64,000 nt of DNA from contig CAKOIF010000006.1 in NCBI GenBank assembly GCA_934086485.1, positions 3,932 to 67,931 on the forward strand. Direction: 5' to 3'. The notes beneath the pieces were generated by a model that did not search any database, was not told the DNA's origin, and worked only from the letters and a program-made list of their open reading frames with translations. Source of the DNA: an uncultured Bacilli bacterium (lineage in GTDB: Bacteria > Bacillota_I > Bacilli_A > RF39 > UBA660). A program made the position numbers and the translations under genes. Positions 1-10,022 of the stretch are shown one piece after another (position 1 is the stretch's first letter; every line of letters starts with the position of its first letter).

Positions 1-1701
1 ATTTAGCATTACTATACAAGGTGAACTAAATCCTTTTATCTTTTGCATTTCTTTTAGTGTTGATAAACCACTTATCTCTTTCATTTCATCACTAATAAGT
101 ATAAAATCATATTTTTTATGCGATTTAATTTTATCTACTGCATCTAGCCCATAATATAATACAGAATATGAAACACCATTTTTATTTAATATATTTTTAA
201 TCTTACTTATTAAAGTTTTATCTTGTGATACTATTAAGGCTTTTTGATAGTTATTAACCACATTTTCATAATTTGATAAGATACTTTTCGTTTCATCATG
301 ATATACTCTTTGATCTATTGTAAGGATAAATTCACTACCTTTTCCTAAATCACTTTTTATCATTAAGTTTCCACCCATCAGTTTAGTTACTTTTTGACAT
401 AGTTTTACATCTACTTCTTTTTTATTAAGAAGTTCTACTTCTTCCTTATCAAGAGCACCAGTCGCAGATAATATTTCATTTATTTTATCTATTTCTATAC
501 CAGGTCCTGAATCTGTTACCATAAATATTACTCTTGCATAATCATATTTTTCAATTACATTTACTTTAAACTCTACATACCCTACATTTGTTTTTTCTAA
601 TGAATTTACTATTAATGAATAAAGTACTTGTTTTATTTTCATATCATCACCATATAAATATAAATCATTATGGGGAATAATATATTTAAATTCAATATCT
701 TTTTTATTTTCTAAGGATACTCTTTTTGTAAGTTCTTCGCATACTTTTTTTAAATTATATTTTTTATCTATTATATTTATTTTTTGAGCATCAAGTGTTG
801 ATACATTCATTACATTATTTATAGTAAAATCTAATCTTTTTGCTAAATTTGATAAATCTTTAACATTTTCTTTGATTACTTTTATATCTTTTTCATTTTC
901 GATATTATTACATATACTTTCAATACTTTTAAGGGGATTTCTACTTTCTTGAGTTATTTCAAATAAGAAGTTATATTTATCTTCGTAATTAGATTCCATT
1001 ATTTCTTTATTTTTATATAGTTCATTAAGTATTTTTACATCTGGATTTTCAATGGTAAAGAACATTAGAAATGTTACGAAAGTTTGCATTGGAATCATAA
1101 GTGTTAATTCCGGATTAAAATATTGAACTAGCATTGTAATAATGCCAAGAATTATAAAAGAAAAAACTGGTGTATACTTTTTAGTTTTAATATTTCTAAA
1201 GTTTCTAATAAGCATAAATATTATAAATGCAATCATTATACCACTTAAACCATAAACATAATTAGCACTTGGTCCATAAGTATAATTTATATCATTGGCA
1301 TATAAAGGTAATATAGTAACTAAAACAATTGATATTATGCAAATGAAATACATAATCTTTTTCATTTTTTTAATTTTGGATAAATAAATATTTTTTTCCT
1401 TATACCTATCTTTAGAACTAATAACATAAATATAATAAGTAAATATTAACATCCACACTACGAAATAATATAATATAAACTTTAAAATAAATATTGCCAT
1501 ATTAGGATTAACATTATTGATTACCCTTATTGCTAGTGTAGCGGGAAATATCTCAATAACTAATCCTAAAAAGTTTGCTAAAACAAGTCTTTTATATATA
1601 GCATTTTCATCACTATCAATTCTTTGTTTGGAAAAATACACTATAATAAGCATTATACTATAAAATAAACTTACTATAGAAAAAAATATGTTATCCTTCA
1701 T
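1..1701 (-). CDS. Hybrid sensor histidine kinase-like protein with C-terminal receiver-like domain (partial, C-terminus beyond window start)
   Basis: Not in the ORF track because it runs off the window edge. Manual minus-strand translation starts at ATG 1701, with a GGTGG RBS just upstream. It gives a multi-TM hydrophobic N-terminus, an H-box-like FLFEITQESRNPL (~931-972), a G-box VTDSGPGIEIDKI (~485-540) and a receiver-like YDFILISDEMKEISGLSTLKEMQ (~60-190). All are in one frame. Confidence 0.6.
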   Translation of the reverse strand, partial: MKDNIFFSIVSLFYSIMLIIVYFSKQRIDSDENAIYKRLVLANFLGLVIEIFPATLAIRVINNVNPNMAIFILKFILYYFVVWMLIFTYYIYVISSKDRYKEKNIYLSKIKKMKKIMYFICIISIVLVTILPLYANDINYTYGPSANYVYGLSGIMIAFIIFMLIRNFRNIKTKKYTPVFSFIILGIITMLVQYFNPELTLMIPMQTFVTFLMFFTIENPDVKILNELYKNKEIMESNYEDKYNFLFEITQESRNPLKSIESICNNIENEKDIKVIKENVKDLSNLAKRLDFTINNVMNVSTLDAQKINIIDKKYNLKKVCEELTKRVSLENKKDIEFKYIIPHNDLYLYGDDMKIKQVLYSLIVNSLEKTNVGYVEFKVNVIEKYDYARVIFMVTDSGPGIEIDKINEILSATGALDKEEVELLNKKEVDVKLCQKVTKLMGGNLMIKSDLGKGSEFILTIDQRVYHDETKSILSNYENVVNNYQKALIVSQDKTLISKIKNILNKNGVSYSVLYYGLDAVDKIKSHKKYDFILISDEMKEISGLSTLKEMQKIKGFSSPCIVMLN

Positions 1702-1746
1702 ACAACCACCTAGTATAAGAATAACATATTTTGAATTTTATTTAAA

Positions 1747-3549
1747 CTATTTATGTAAAACTTTTATATTATTTTTTTCAAGTTCAATAGTTTCACATTC
1801 AATATTATTTGCAAGTTTATCAAGAGTTTGATAATCAACTTTTCCAAGTGGAGTTCTAGGAAGTGATGGGTAAATTACTAAATAAGCTGGTCTTTCCTCG
1901 GAAGCAAAAGCATCATTTAAATAATTTATAAGTTCATTTGTGCATTCTTCTTTAGTTTTTCCACATAAATCATCAAAAGAAACGTGACAAACTATTTTTT
2001 CATCTTTATGATTTAATTTACATAATTTAACACAAGGAAGTTCCTTTATTTTTTCCGCGATTAAAATGAGATTTACTTCTTTAGAATTGATTTCAAGTGG
2101 TTTTTGATCTCTATCAAGAACAAATAAACTTCCTGTATCGTGAACAAAACCAAAATCTTTAGTATTGTACCATTTTACGCCATTTTTATCAGTATAAATT
2201 ACACTATCGGTCATCTGTGGATTATTATAATAACAATTCATCATTGCTGGTCCAGTAACCCATATTCTACCTGGTTCATTATAACTTAAATCATTAAAAC
2301 TTCTATCTTTAATCATTACATTATTAAATGGAAGTGGAAGTCCTGATGATCCTATCATATTACAATTTGGATGTGCAACAGTAAAACAAGAATCCATTTC
2401 GCTTGCACCATAACCAGCTTCTTGAGTTATACCTGTTTCAGATTGAAATCTATTAACTTGGTTTATATCAGGTCTTTCACCACCAATAACAACTTTTTTT
2501 AGATTTCCAATATATTCATCTTTATTTTTATCATAAAGTACTGAATCCCATAAATATTGACTCCATATACCATAATTTGGTTTATGTTTAGCTAAATATT
2601 TTGGAACACTTTCATAACTTAAATCCATTTCAAGTATATTTTCAAGTCCAAGACTCATTGCCATACCAATTATATCAGCATCCCAGAATGCTAAGAATGG
2701 TGGAACAAGTGCTAAATTCTTTTCTCCTCTTTTAAGACCTAAATCAGCAATTTCGTGTTGCTTTGCAAGTGCATTATTTGCATCGTGTGAAAGTAATATT
2801 GCTTTGCTTTCTCCAGTTGTGCCTGAAGAAAGTGCAATATTCGAAGGAAGATGGTCTTCATAAACACTTTCCATAGGTCCATTATAATACTGACCATAGC
2901 TAACAAATTTACTTAAACTTATTGCTCCCTTAACATTTTTATTTTGGAGTTTATTATTAAGTGTAAATAATGCGGTCTTTAATTTTTCATCATTTAAAAT
3001 CGGTGTTGAAGCAGAAACTGGAAGTCTTAACTTTTTAATACTTTTAAATTCTTCATTATTTAATACTTCACTAATGCTAGGCTCTAAAATATCAAGAAAC
3101 ATAATTAAACTTGGATTTAAAAGTTTAATATGTTTATACATTTTTTCTTTATCTTCAGTAAAGTTAAAATGTGCAGTTATTGCTCCAACATAAGCACAAG
3201 CATATTTAAAAGCTATTAATTCTGGAGTAGAAAGTGCAATTGATACAACCTTATCTCCTTTTCCAATACCCATAGCTTTTAAAGAACGTATATATTTATT
3301 ACGCATAGCTATAAACTCACTATTAGTGATTTTTTTAAGACCACGGTTATTTAAAATAACATCATTTGGATAATCTTTATTACATGTTTCCTCGTAATCT
3401 GCTTGATTCATTTTAGGCAAATTCTCTTTCATTTTTTTAGGATCGTACCATTGTTCCCAAATTCTATCATTTTGAATAACTCCAGTAATTTGTCTATTTA
3501 GGTTAAATTTTTTATTGTTTTTTACAACATCATTTTCTCTCATTAACAA
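1747..3549 (-). CDS. AMP-dependent synthetase/ligase (adenylate-forming, acyl-CoA-ligase-like)
   Basis: 600-aa ORF with the AMP-binding signature SSGTTGESKAILLSH and downstream GYGASE / C-terminal PLGKVD-type motifs. Confidence 0.8.
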   Translation of the reverse strand: MLMRENDVVKNNKKFNLNRQITGVIQNDRIWEQWYDPKKMKENLPKMNQADYEETCNKDYPNDVILNNRGLKKITNSEFIAMRNKYIRSLKAMGIGKGDKVVSIALSTPELIAFKYACAYVGAITAHFNFTEDKEKMYKHIKLLNPSLIMFLDILEPSISEVLNNEEFKSIKKLRLPVSASTPILNDEKLKTALFTLNNKLQNKNVKGAISLSKFVSYGQYYNGPMESVYEDHLPSNIALSSGTTGESKAILLSHDANNALAKQHEIADLGLKRGEKNLALVPPFLAFWDADIIGMAMSLGLENILEMDLSYESVPKYLAKHKPNYGIWSQYLWDSVLYDKNKDEYIGNLKKVVIGGERPDINQVNRFQSETGITQEAGYGASEMDSCFTVAHPNCNMIGSSGLPLPFNNVMIKDRSFNDLSYNEPGRIWVTGPAMMNCYYNNPQMTDSVIYTDKNGVKWYNTKDFGFVHDTGSLFVLDRDQKPLEINSKEVNLILIAEKIKELPCVKLCKLNHKDEKIVCHVSFDDLCGKTKEECTNELINYLNDAFASEERPAYLVIYPSLPRTPLGKVDYQTLDKLANNIECETIELEKNNIKVLHK

Positions 3550-3616
3550 CCACCCCTCTTAATGTCACTAATTCTATCACATATTTATTAAAATGTCAAA
3601 TTTGTGTCAATAAGTA

Positions 3617-3646
3617 GTAAAAAATCAGTAATTTTACATACTGATT
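3617..3646 (-). terminator. Rho-independent terminator after the U32 gene pair
   Basis: 8-bp stem AATCAGTA/TACTGATT (3623-3630 / 3639-3646) followed on the minus strand by a U-run (plus-strand A-run 3619-3622). It overlaps the stop codon of 3645..4814. Confidence 0.6.
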
Positions 3647-4814
3647 AATTTATTTTAACTCTTAATAAATCATTTTCATTTAAATGTTTATCAACTTTTA
3701 ACTTAACAATCATTCTAGGCATATTTGCTTTTTCAATTAGTTCATCATTATCATTAAATATTTCATTTACTATGTAATCAAAAGTTTCTGTATTAGGTCC
3801 AAAAAACTGAATATTATCTCCTTTTTTAAAGAAATTTCTTTCTTCGATTACTGCAATATGAGTATTTTCATCGTATGATTTAACGATACCTAAAAAGTCT
3901 TGATTACTTTCTTCATCACGAAGATTATAATATTGATCATTTACACTCGGAAGACTCTTAAAAAACTGTGGAGCACTATCTCTATTTGCAACTCTATTAA
4001 GAACTTTTAAATAATATGATTTATCTTCTTCGGTTAGAGTATTATTTAATATTTTATCAATAATTTTACGATAGCATAGTATTACCGTAGAAATATAGTA
4101 TATAGAACGCATTCTACCTTCGACTTTAAATGTAGTTACTCCCAAATCAATCATTTCTTTGATATTTTCAATCATATTTAAATCTTTTGGTGTCATTGTA
4201 AATGGAGTTTTATCTTCATTAAAAACCCATCTGCAAATTTGAGCACATCCACCTCTGTTAGAGTCTCTTCCTGTCATAAATGAAGATAATATACATTTAC
4301 CAGAAATACTCATGCACATTGCTCCGTGAACAAAACATTCAAGTTCAAGACCAGTTTTGTCCTTTATAGCTTTAATATCATTTGTTAAAGCCTCCCTTGC
4401 AAGTACTATTTGATCTACACCAAAGTCTTTATAAAACTCTGCCGTAAAAGAGTTAAGTGTACTTGCTTGAGTAGAAAGTATTACCTTTGTTTTAAGTTTT
4501 AAATCTTTAATCATTTTTAAAACTACAATATCACTTGCAATAATGCCATCAACATTAACTCTTTCTAGATATAATAAATAGTCTTTTAAACCCTCAAGGT
4601 TTTCATTATGAAATACAATATTTACCGTAACATATACTTTTTTGTTTAAACTATGAGCATACTCTGTAGCATTTTTAATATCATCTAAATCAAAATTTTT
4701 GGCATTAGCACGAAGTGAGTAATTTTGACCACCAAAATATACTGCATCAGCACCATATAAAAAAGCAAATTTTAATCTTTCAAAATCTCCCGCTGGAGCA
4801 AGTAACTCGATCAT
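3645..4814 (-). CDS. Peptidase U32 family protein (YrrO/TrhP-like, tRNA U34 hydroxylation family)
   Basis: N-terminus MIELLAPAGDFERLKFAFLYGADAVYFGG is typical of the U32 family. It sits in the mltG-yrrM-yrrN-yrrO arrangement known from B. subtilis. Confidence 0.85.
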   Translation of the reverse strand: MIELLAPAGDFERLKFAFLYGADAVYFGGQNYSLRANAKNFDLDDIKNATEYAHSLNKKVYVTVNIVFHNENLEGLKDYLLYLERVNVDGIIASDIVVLKMIKDLKLKTKVILSTQASTLNSFTAEFYKDFGVDQIVLAREALTNDIKAIKDKTGLELECFVHGAMCMSISGKCILSSFMTGRDSNRGGCAQICRWVFNEDKTPFTMTPKDLNMIENIKEMIDLGVTTFKVEGRMRSIYYISTVILCYRKIIDKILNNTLTEEDKSYYLKVLNRVANRDSAPQFFKSLPSVNDQYYNLRDEESNQDFLGIVKSYDENTHIAVIEERNFFKKGDNIQFFGPNTETFDYIVNEIFNDNDELIEKANMPRMIVKLKVDKHLNENDLLRVKIN

Positions 4815-5584
4815 TTCTTGTCCCCCTTTATTTTATAAATAGTTTTATTATATAAAAATCCATCATCTGTTTCTACATTTATTTTTCCATTTACTAAATC
4901 TTTTATATCGTTTTCATTTAAACATATTGGATGATATATTGCATACTTAATATCCTTATTTAAATTATTAAGACCGTTAAAGTAAGGTAAATGATAAAAA
5001 TATGTACCATACTCATTTTCAAATAAAATAAATTTATGATTATTATTTTCTATAACCAAAGGATTTTCATACTTAACATTTTCATGTTTACTATAGTTTT
5101 TAATTAAGTATCTTCGTGAATAAGCACTTCCAATAAGTCCAAAAGCATATAAAGAAACCTTTTTCGAAGATTTAGAAATTATTTCATCCACTTCATCCTC
5201 GGTTATATCAAAAGGAAGTACTATGCTATCTACATATTCATTATAAATATTAACGCCTTCATAGTTACAAGCAAAATGACTTGGCATTAATATCTTTTCT
5301 ATTTTAACATCCTCAAGCATTTTAATAATACCTACATCATCAAAGATAATTCCTTTTATATTACTTGGAAGACTATGAAGCAAAGTATTTAACTTATTAG
5401 CACTATCTTCATCAAGAACTCTATTTACAAATAAATAACTATTTTCTTCCTTAATTTCACTTAAAGAAAATTCATTTTCTACGCCAACACAAAATGAAAA
5501 AAGTGGGTAAACAAAACTATCTACACCATTTTCCTTAAGTAAATTAATTTCTTTTTCACTTTTAATAATAAAAAGTTTATTCAT
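4811..5584 (-). CDS. Peptidase U32 family-like protein (YrrN-like partner)
   Basis: ORF ATGA-coupled to the downstream U32 gene, in the YrrN position of the conserved cluster. The likely start is MNKLFIIKSE (5584) rather than the track start at 5614. Confidence 0.6.
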   Translation of the reverse strand: MNKLFIIKSEKEINLLKENGVDSFVYPLFSFCVGVENEFSLSEIKEENSYLFVNRVLDEDSANKLNTLLHSLPSNIKGIIFDDVGIIKMLEDVKIEKILMPSHFACNYEGVNIYNEYVDSIVLPFDITEDEVDEIISKSSKKVSLYAFGLIGSAYSRRYLIKNYSKHENVKYENPLVIENNNHKFILFENEYGTYFYHLPYFNGLNNLNKDIKYAIYHPICLNENDIKDLVNGKINVETDDGFLYNKTIYKIKGDKK

Positions 5585-6173
5585 GATTTTTCTTCTTACT
5601 AACTGAAAGTCCATCCCCTATATCATAAAAGGTTGTCTCAAAATCAGTATTGTTTTTTAGAAAATCTATATAACTTTCAATTTTTGATACTAGTTGGCGT
5701 AAATTTTTACTTTCAATCGTATCACTTTTACCTACATAACCATGAAATTTTAAATTATCAGTTATAATAACACCAGTGTCCTTTAAAAAATATTGATATT
5801 TTTCAAAAAATCTTGTGTACTGTCCTTTAGCGGCATCAATAAATATTAAATCATATTTAGCCTCCACTGGAATATTTAACTCTAAAGCATCTTGAAGTGC
5901 AACATTTATTTTTTTATCAAGACCACATTCTTTAATATTTTTAACGCACTCTAAATATCTTTTTTCATCTCTTTCAATTGTGGTTACATAAACATCATCT
6001 TTAGCACTTGCCATAAGTATTGCAGAATAGCCTATTGCACTACCTATTTCTAATATATTTTTTACATTATTATCTTGAATATATTTCATAATAAATGCTA
6101 TTGAGTTTTTTTCAATTATCGGAACGCTATTTTCTTCCGCATATTTTTCTATTTCCTTTAATTTTTCTTTCAT
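5577..6173 (-). CDS. trmR: SAM-dependent O-methyltransferase (YrrM/TrmR-like)
   Basis: Class I methyltransferase motifs ILEIGSAIGYS and FIDAAKGQY. Its position between mltG and the U32 pair matches B. subtilis. Confidence 0.65.
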   Translation of the reverse strand: MKEKLKEIEKYAEENSVPIIEKNSIAFIMKYIQDNNVKNILEIGSAIGYSAILMASAKDDVYVTTIERDEKRYLECVKNIKECGLDKKINVALQDALELNIPVEAKYDLIFIDAAKGQYTRFFEKYQYFLKDTGVIITDNLKFHGYVGKSDTIESKNLRQLVSKIESYIDFLKNNTDFETTFYDIGDGLSVSKKKNHE

Positions 6174-6175
6174 TT

Positions 6176-7213
6176 TTAATTTTCACCTAATTTCTTTTGA
6201 ATTTCATAAAACCCTTTTATATCCTCGGCAAAATAAACTTTTCCTGTATTTATATCAGCATAAAAGTATTCAAAGTTTGTGTCTGATGGATTAAGTGCTG
6301 CATTAATACTTTCAAGTGATGGATTACATATTGGACCTACAGGAAGACCAATAAATGATAAATTTCTTGTATTATACGGATTAACTGCATTAAGTTCTTT
6401 AGTCGTAATTGTCTCTTTTAAAGATAAATGAGATCCATAATATGCTGTAACGTCCATTCCAAGAGCCATCTTTTTATCAAGCCTTGTATAAATAACTTGA
6501 CTTACTTTTTCTCTATCTTCTTTATTAACAGCCTCTTGTTCTATAATCGAAGCAATTGTAAGAAGTTCATGTATAGAATATTTACTAGATTTTAAATCTA
6601 AATTACTTAATTTTTTTTGAGTATTATTAAGCATTGTTCTAACTATTGTTTCAAATGATGAATTTTCATAAAACTCATAAGTATCTGGATATAGATAACC
6701 CTCTAAAGAGTAGTAAATATCTTTATTTTTTATATCATTTGTTATAAATGAATAATCTTTAATTAAACTATCTAAAAATTTTTCATCTTTTAAAGTTTTA
6801 ATCATATCATCATAGGTAATATCAAAATTAGCCTCAATTTGTTTTAGATATGTTTCTATACTTTTACCTTCGACAAAAGTAATATTAATTGTTTTAACAA
6901 TTTGATCTATTTTACCATCATTAATTTGATTAATTATACTTATTGCATTTTGCTTTTTATTAAATGTATATTTACCTGCTTGTAAGTTTAAACTTGGATT
7001 TATAAATACATAAGCAAGAGTTGTAAATTTACTTTTAATAAGTCCTGCTTTTTTTAAATTTGATACTATTTTTACTTTATTATCACCAGCATTTACACTA
7101 AATGATACTGAAGTATCCTCTTTATGGCCTGTAAAAAGTGTAATATAAGAAAATACTCCAATAAGTAGAACTACCACTGCTACAGTTATAATTATTATAT
7201 TTTTCTTTTTCAT
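6176..7213 (-). CDS. mltG: Endolytic murein transglycosylase MltG (YceG-like)
   Basis: N-terminal TM anchor and the YceG signature EGYLYPDTYEF. Synteny with ruvX. Confidence 0.88.
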   Translation of the reverse strand: MKKKNIIIITVAVVVLLIGVFSYITLFTGHKEDTSVSFSVNAGDNKVKIVSNLKKAGLIKSKFTTLAYVFINPSLNLQAGKYTFNKKQNAISIINQINDGKIDQIVKTINITFVEGKSIETYLKQIEANFDITYDDMIKTLKDEKFLDSLIKDYSFITNDIKNKDIYYSLEGYLYPDTYEFYENSSFETIVRTMLNNTQKKLSNLDLKSSKYSIHELLTIASIIEQEAVNKEDREKVSQVIYTRLDKKMALGMDVTAYYGSHLSLKETITTKELNAVNPYNTRNLSFIGLPVGPICNPSLESINAALNPSDTNFEYFYADINTGKVYFAEDIKGFYEIQKKLGEN

Positions 7214-7449
7214 TTTGCCCTCTTTATTTTATCTAATATTCTATTGGCAATTTCAATTTCTTCATCAGTTAATTCATTTAAAATTAAATCATCCTTAATT
7301 TTACCAATGTATGCATATTTAATACCTTTACTATTTTCTTTATTATCTGTGTAAACAACTATTGTCTGCTCTAAATCATTTTCAAATGTAAAAAGTATAT
7401 TATTCTCGGTTTTTGATTTACCATTTCCTGTAACAATTTTAGCCTGCAT
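7210..7449 (-). CDS. DUF1292 family protein (YrzB-like)
   Basis: 79-aa acidic protein between ruvX and mltG, in the same position as B. subtilis yrzB. Confidence 0.6.
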   Translation of the reverse strand: MQAKIVTGNGKSKTENNILFTFENDLEQTIVVYTDNKENSKGIKYAYIGKIKDDLILNELTDEEIEIANRILDKIKRAK

Positions 7450-7864
7450 TTTTACTCCTTATATATGTTTCAAGAATTATGGCTGCGGCTTGCATATCAA
7501 CTTTGTCTTTAATGTCTTTAGCGTGTTTGCCATTTGCAAGGAGAATCTTTTGTGCCTCTACTGAGGATAATCTTTCATCCACTAAAGCGACTTTTATATC
7601 AAGCGTTTTAAGAAGCTCGCAAAAATTATATGTTCTTTGAGCAGCAAAGCCTTCACTTCCATCCATATTTTTAGGAAGCCCAATTGCTATTTCTGTTATA
7701 TCCTCTTTAGCAATTATTTCCTTAAGTTCTAAAAAAGCAGTTTCATATTCTTCACTATTAAATCTAATTACTTTATAAGGTGTAATAATTGTATTTGTTC
7801 TATCGGAAATTGCAATACCTAACGTTTTTGTACCTAAATCTAGGCCCATATATCTTGTTTTCAT
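7439..7864 (-). CDS. ruvX: Holliday-junction-resolvase-like / pre-16S rRNA nuclease RuvX (YqgF)
   Basis: N-terminus MGLDLGTKTLGIAISD and size (141 aa) are typical of YqgF. Confidence 0.9.
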   Translation of the reverse strand: MKTRYMGLDLGTKTLGIAISDRTNTIITPYKVIRFNSEEYETAFLELKEIIAKEDITEIAIGLPKNMDGSEGFAAQRTYNFCELLKTLDIKVALVDERLSSVEAQKILLANGKHAKDIKDKVDMQAAAIILETYIRSKNAG

Positions 7865-8109
7865 CGTCCTAAATACCCATTTATAATAGCCATTAATACT
7901 TCTTCACGAGAAAATTTAGTAATCTTTTTTCTAGCATCTTTATATGATGTAATATATGTTGAATCACCAGATAGTAAATAACCAATTAGTTGACTAGTGG
8001 GATTATATCCCCTTTCCTCAATGGCCTTAATAACTTCATTAATACTTATCATAATTAACTCCTGTCTTAAAACTTTTAAATCAAATATTGAAGTTTTTTC
8101 AGAATTCAT
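7861..8109 (-). CDS. IreB family regulatory phosphoprotein (UPF0297, YrzL-like)
   Basis: GYNPTSQLIGYLLSGDSTYITSYKDARKKI matches the UPF0297 core. The likely start is MNSEKTS at 8109; the track start at 8163 adds an unlikely extension. Confidence 0.75.
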   Translation of the reverse strand: MNSEKTSIFDLKVLRQELIMISINEVIKAIEERGYNPTSQLIGYLLSGDSTYITSYKDARKKITKFSREEVLMAIINGYLGR

Positions 8110-8196
8110 TAAAATTTCACTTCCTTGCACTTTTATTTTATCAAAAAAAATATTAAACTGCAACCTTACAAAAAAATGTAAGCATTTTAACTTACA

Positions 8197-9498
8197 TTAA
8201 TCATTCTTATTTTTAAATTCTAATATAATTGGTGTTCCATCAAGTTCAAAGGTTTTTCTTATTTGATTTTCTAAATATCTTTCATAAGAAAAATGTACTA
8301 ATTTTTTATTATTTACCTCAAAAGTGAATTTCGGAGGTTTAATACTTGTTTCAGAAGCAAAATATATTTTAAGTCTTTTTCCTTTATATGAAGGTGGATT
8401 ATGCATTTGAACGCTTTCAATTATGCAATCATTAAGCGTGCTTGTTGCAATAACTCTATTATGTGATTCATAAGCATTAATTATTTCTGGCATTAATGTT
8501 CCAAGTCTTTTTGAGGTCTTTGCAGAAACAAATACTACTTTAGCATAAGACAAAAACTTAAATTCATTTTCCATTAACAGCTTCCATTTTTTAAGTTCTT
8601 CTTCAGGGCTTTCTACAGTATCCCATTTATTTACACATATTACAATAGCCTTACCAGCATCAGTTATATATGAGGCAATATGTTTATCGTGTTCAATAAT
8701 GCCCTCTTTGGCATCAATTACAAGGACACATACATCACTTCGATCAATTGCTTTTAAAGAACGAATATAAGAATATTTCTCAATTTGCTCATAGATTTTA
8801 CCTTTTTTTCGCATACCGGCAGTATCAATAACAACATATTCATTTCCATTATATTTAAATATACTATCAACAGCATCTCTAGTGGTTCCTGCAATATTAG
8901 AAACTATCAATCTATCCTCTTTCAAAAGAGCATTTACTAATGAACTTTTTCCTACATTTGGTCTTCCGACAAAGCAAAATTTTACTCTATTATCTTCTTT
9001 TTCTTTACCTTCACAAATATTTGCCTCTAAATAAGAATTTAATTTATCAAAACCAATATTATGTTCTGCAGAAATAGCAATCATTTCCTCAAAGCCTAAT
9101 TCATAAAAGTTATATAAATTATTTTGCCTTTCTTTATTATCGGCTTTATTTACTAAAACTAATACTTTTTTATTAGATTTATGAAGCATACTTGCAACCA
9201 TTTTATCTTCAGTAGATATTTCACAAGTGGCATCCACAATAAAAAGGATTAAATCAGCCTCATCAATTGCAAGAGTAGCCTGCGCTAAAATATCTTTATT
9301 AAAGTCACCATTTTCTAAAGAAAGTCCTCCGGTGTCAATCAAATGAAATGCTTTATCTTTTAAATTAACAATTCCATAAATTCTATCTCTTGTAACACCT
9401 GGTGTATCCATTATAATTGATTTTTTTTCTTTTATTAATCTATTAAAAATTGTACTTTTACCAACGTTTGGTTTTCCTATTAAACATACAGTTTGCAT
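8197..9498 (-). CDS. der: Ribosome-associated GTPase Der (EngA)
   Basis: Two tandem GTPase domains (GKPNVGKST...DTGG and GRPNVGKSS...DTAG) plus a KH-like C-terminus. Confidence 0.95.
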   Translation of the reverse strand: MQTVCLIGKPNVGKSTIFNRLIKEKKSIIMDTPGVTRDRIYGIVNLKDKAFHLIDTGGLSLENGDFNKDILAQATLAIDEADLILFIVDATCEISTEDKMVASMLHKSNKKVLVLVNKADNKERQNNLYNFYELGFEEMIAISAEHNIGFDKLNSYLEANICEGKEKEDNRVKFCFVGRPNVGKSSLVNALLKEDRLIVSNIAGTTRDAVDSIFKYNGNEYVVIDTAGMRKKGKIYEQIEKYSYIRSLKAIDRSDVCVLVIDAKEGIIEHDKHIASYITDAGKAIVICVNKWDTVESPEEELKKWKLLMENEFKFLSYAKVVFVSAKTSKRLGTLMPEIINAYESHNRVIATSTLNDCIIESVQMHNPPSYKGKRLKIYFASETSIKPPKFTFEVNNKKLVHFSYERYLENQIRKTFELDGTPIILEFKNKND

Positions 9499-9513
9499 AA
9501 ACTGTCCCCCTTT

Positions 9514-10008
9514 CTAATTACAATATAAATCTTCACTATACTTATCAAAATCAACAATTAAAGTCTTGTTATTGTTTGTTTTTTCTATACACGCATAAAC
9601 TCTTTTATTTTTTGTAAATACTTTAATTGATAACTCATTAACTACTAAATTATCATAATTATTAGTTACAACATTTTTACATAATTCACCATCATTATAT
9701 CCAAGTTTAGAACTCTTATTATTAGAGCATTTTGTATAACTATAAAGTTTTGGATCAACGGCTTCCTCAGATTCATAGTAATTATTGATAATCAAATCAC
9801 CAATAGTTAAAGTTGTTTCTAAACTATCTTTATTATCTTCTCCCCATTTTTCCGCTGCTGCTATCGCACTAGACATTTTATCTTCGAATAATTTTCTATT
9901 CATTTGTTTTCGCACGCCAATTACGCTAGACACACCAATTAAAGCAACAACTGATATAAGCACTATAACTGCCATAAGTTCCACTAAAGTAAATCCTTTT
10001 TTATTCAT
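9514..10008 (-). CDS. Prepilin-type N-terminal cleavage/methylation domain protein (pseudopilin-like)
   Basis: Class III signal MNKKGFTLVELMAVIVLISVVALIG (G/FTLVE motif). Confidence 0.75.
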   Translation of the reverse strand: MNKKGFTLVELMAVIVLISVVALIGVSSVIGVRKQMNRKLFEDKMSSAIAAAEKWGEDNKDSLETTLTIGDLIINNYYESEEAVDPKLYSYTKCSNNKSSKLGYNDGELCKNVVTNNYDNLVVNELSIKVFTKNKRVYACIEKTNNNKTLIVDFDKYSEDLYCN

Positions 10009-10022
10009 ATTCTTTTTCTCCT

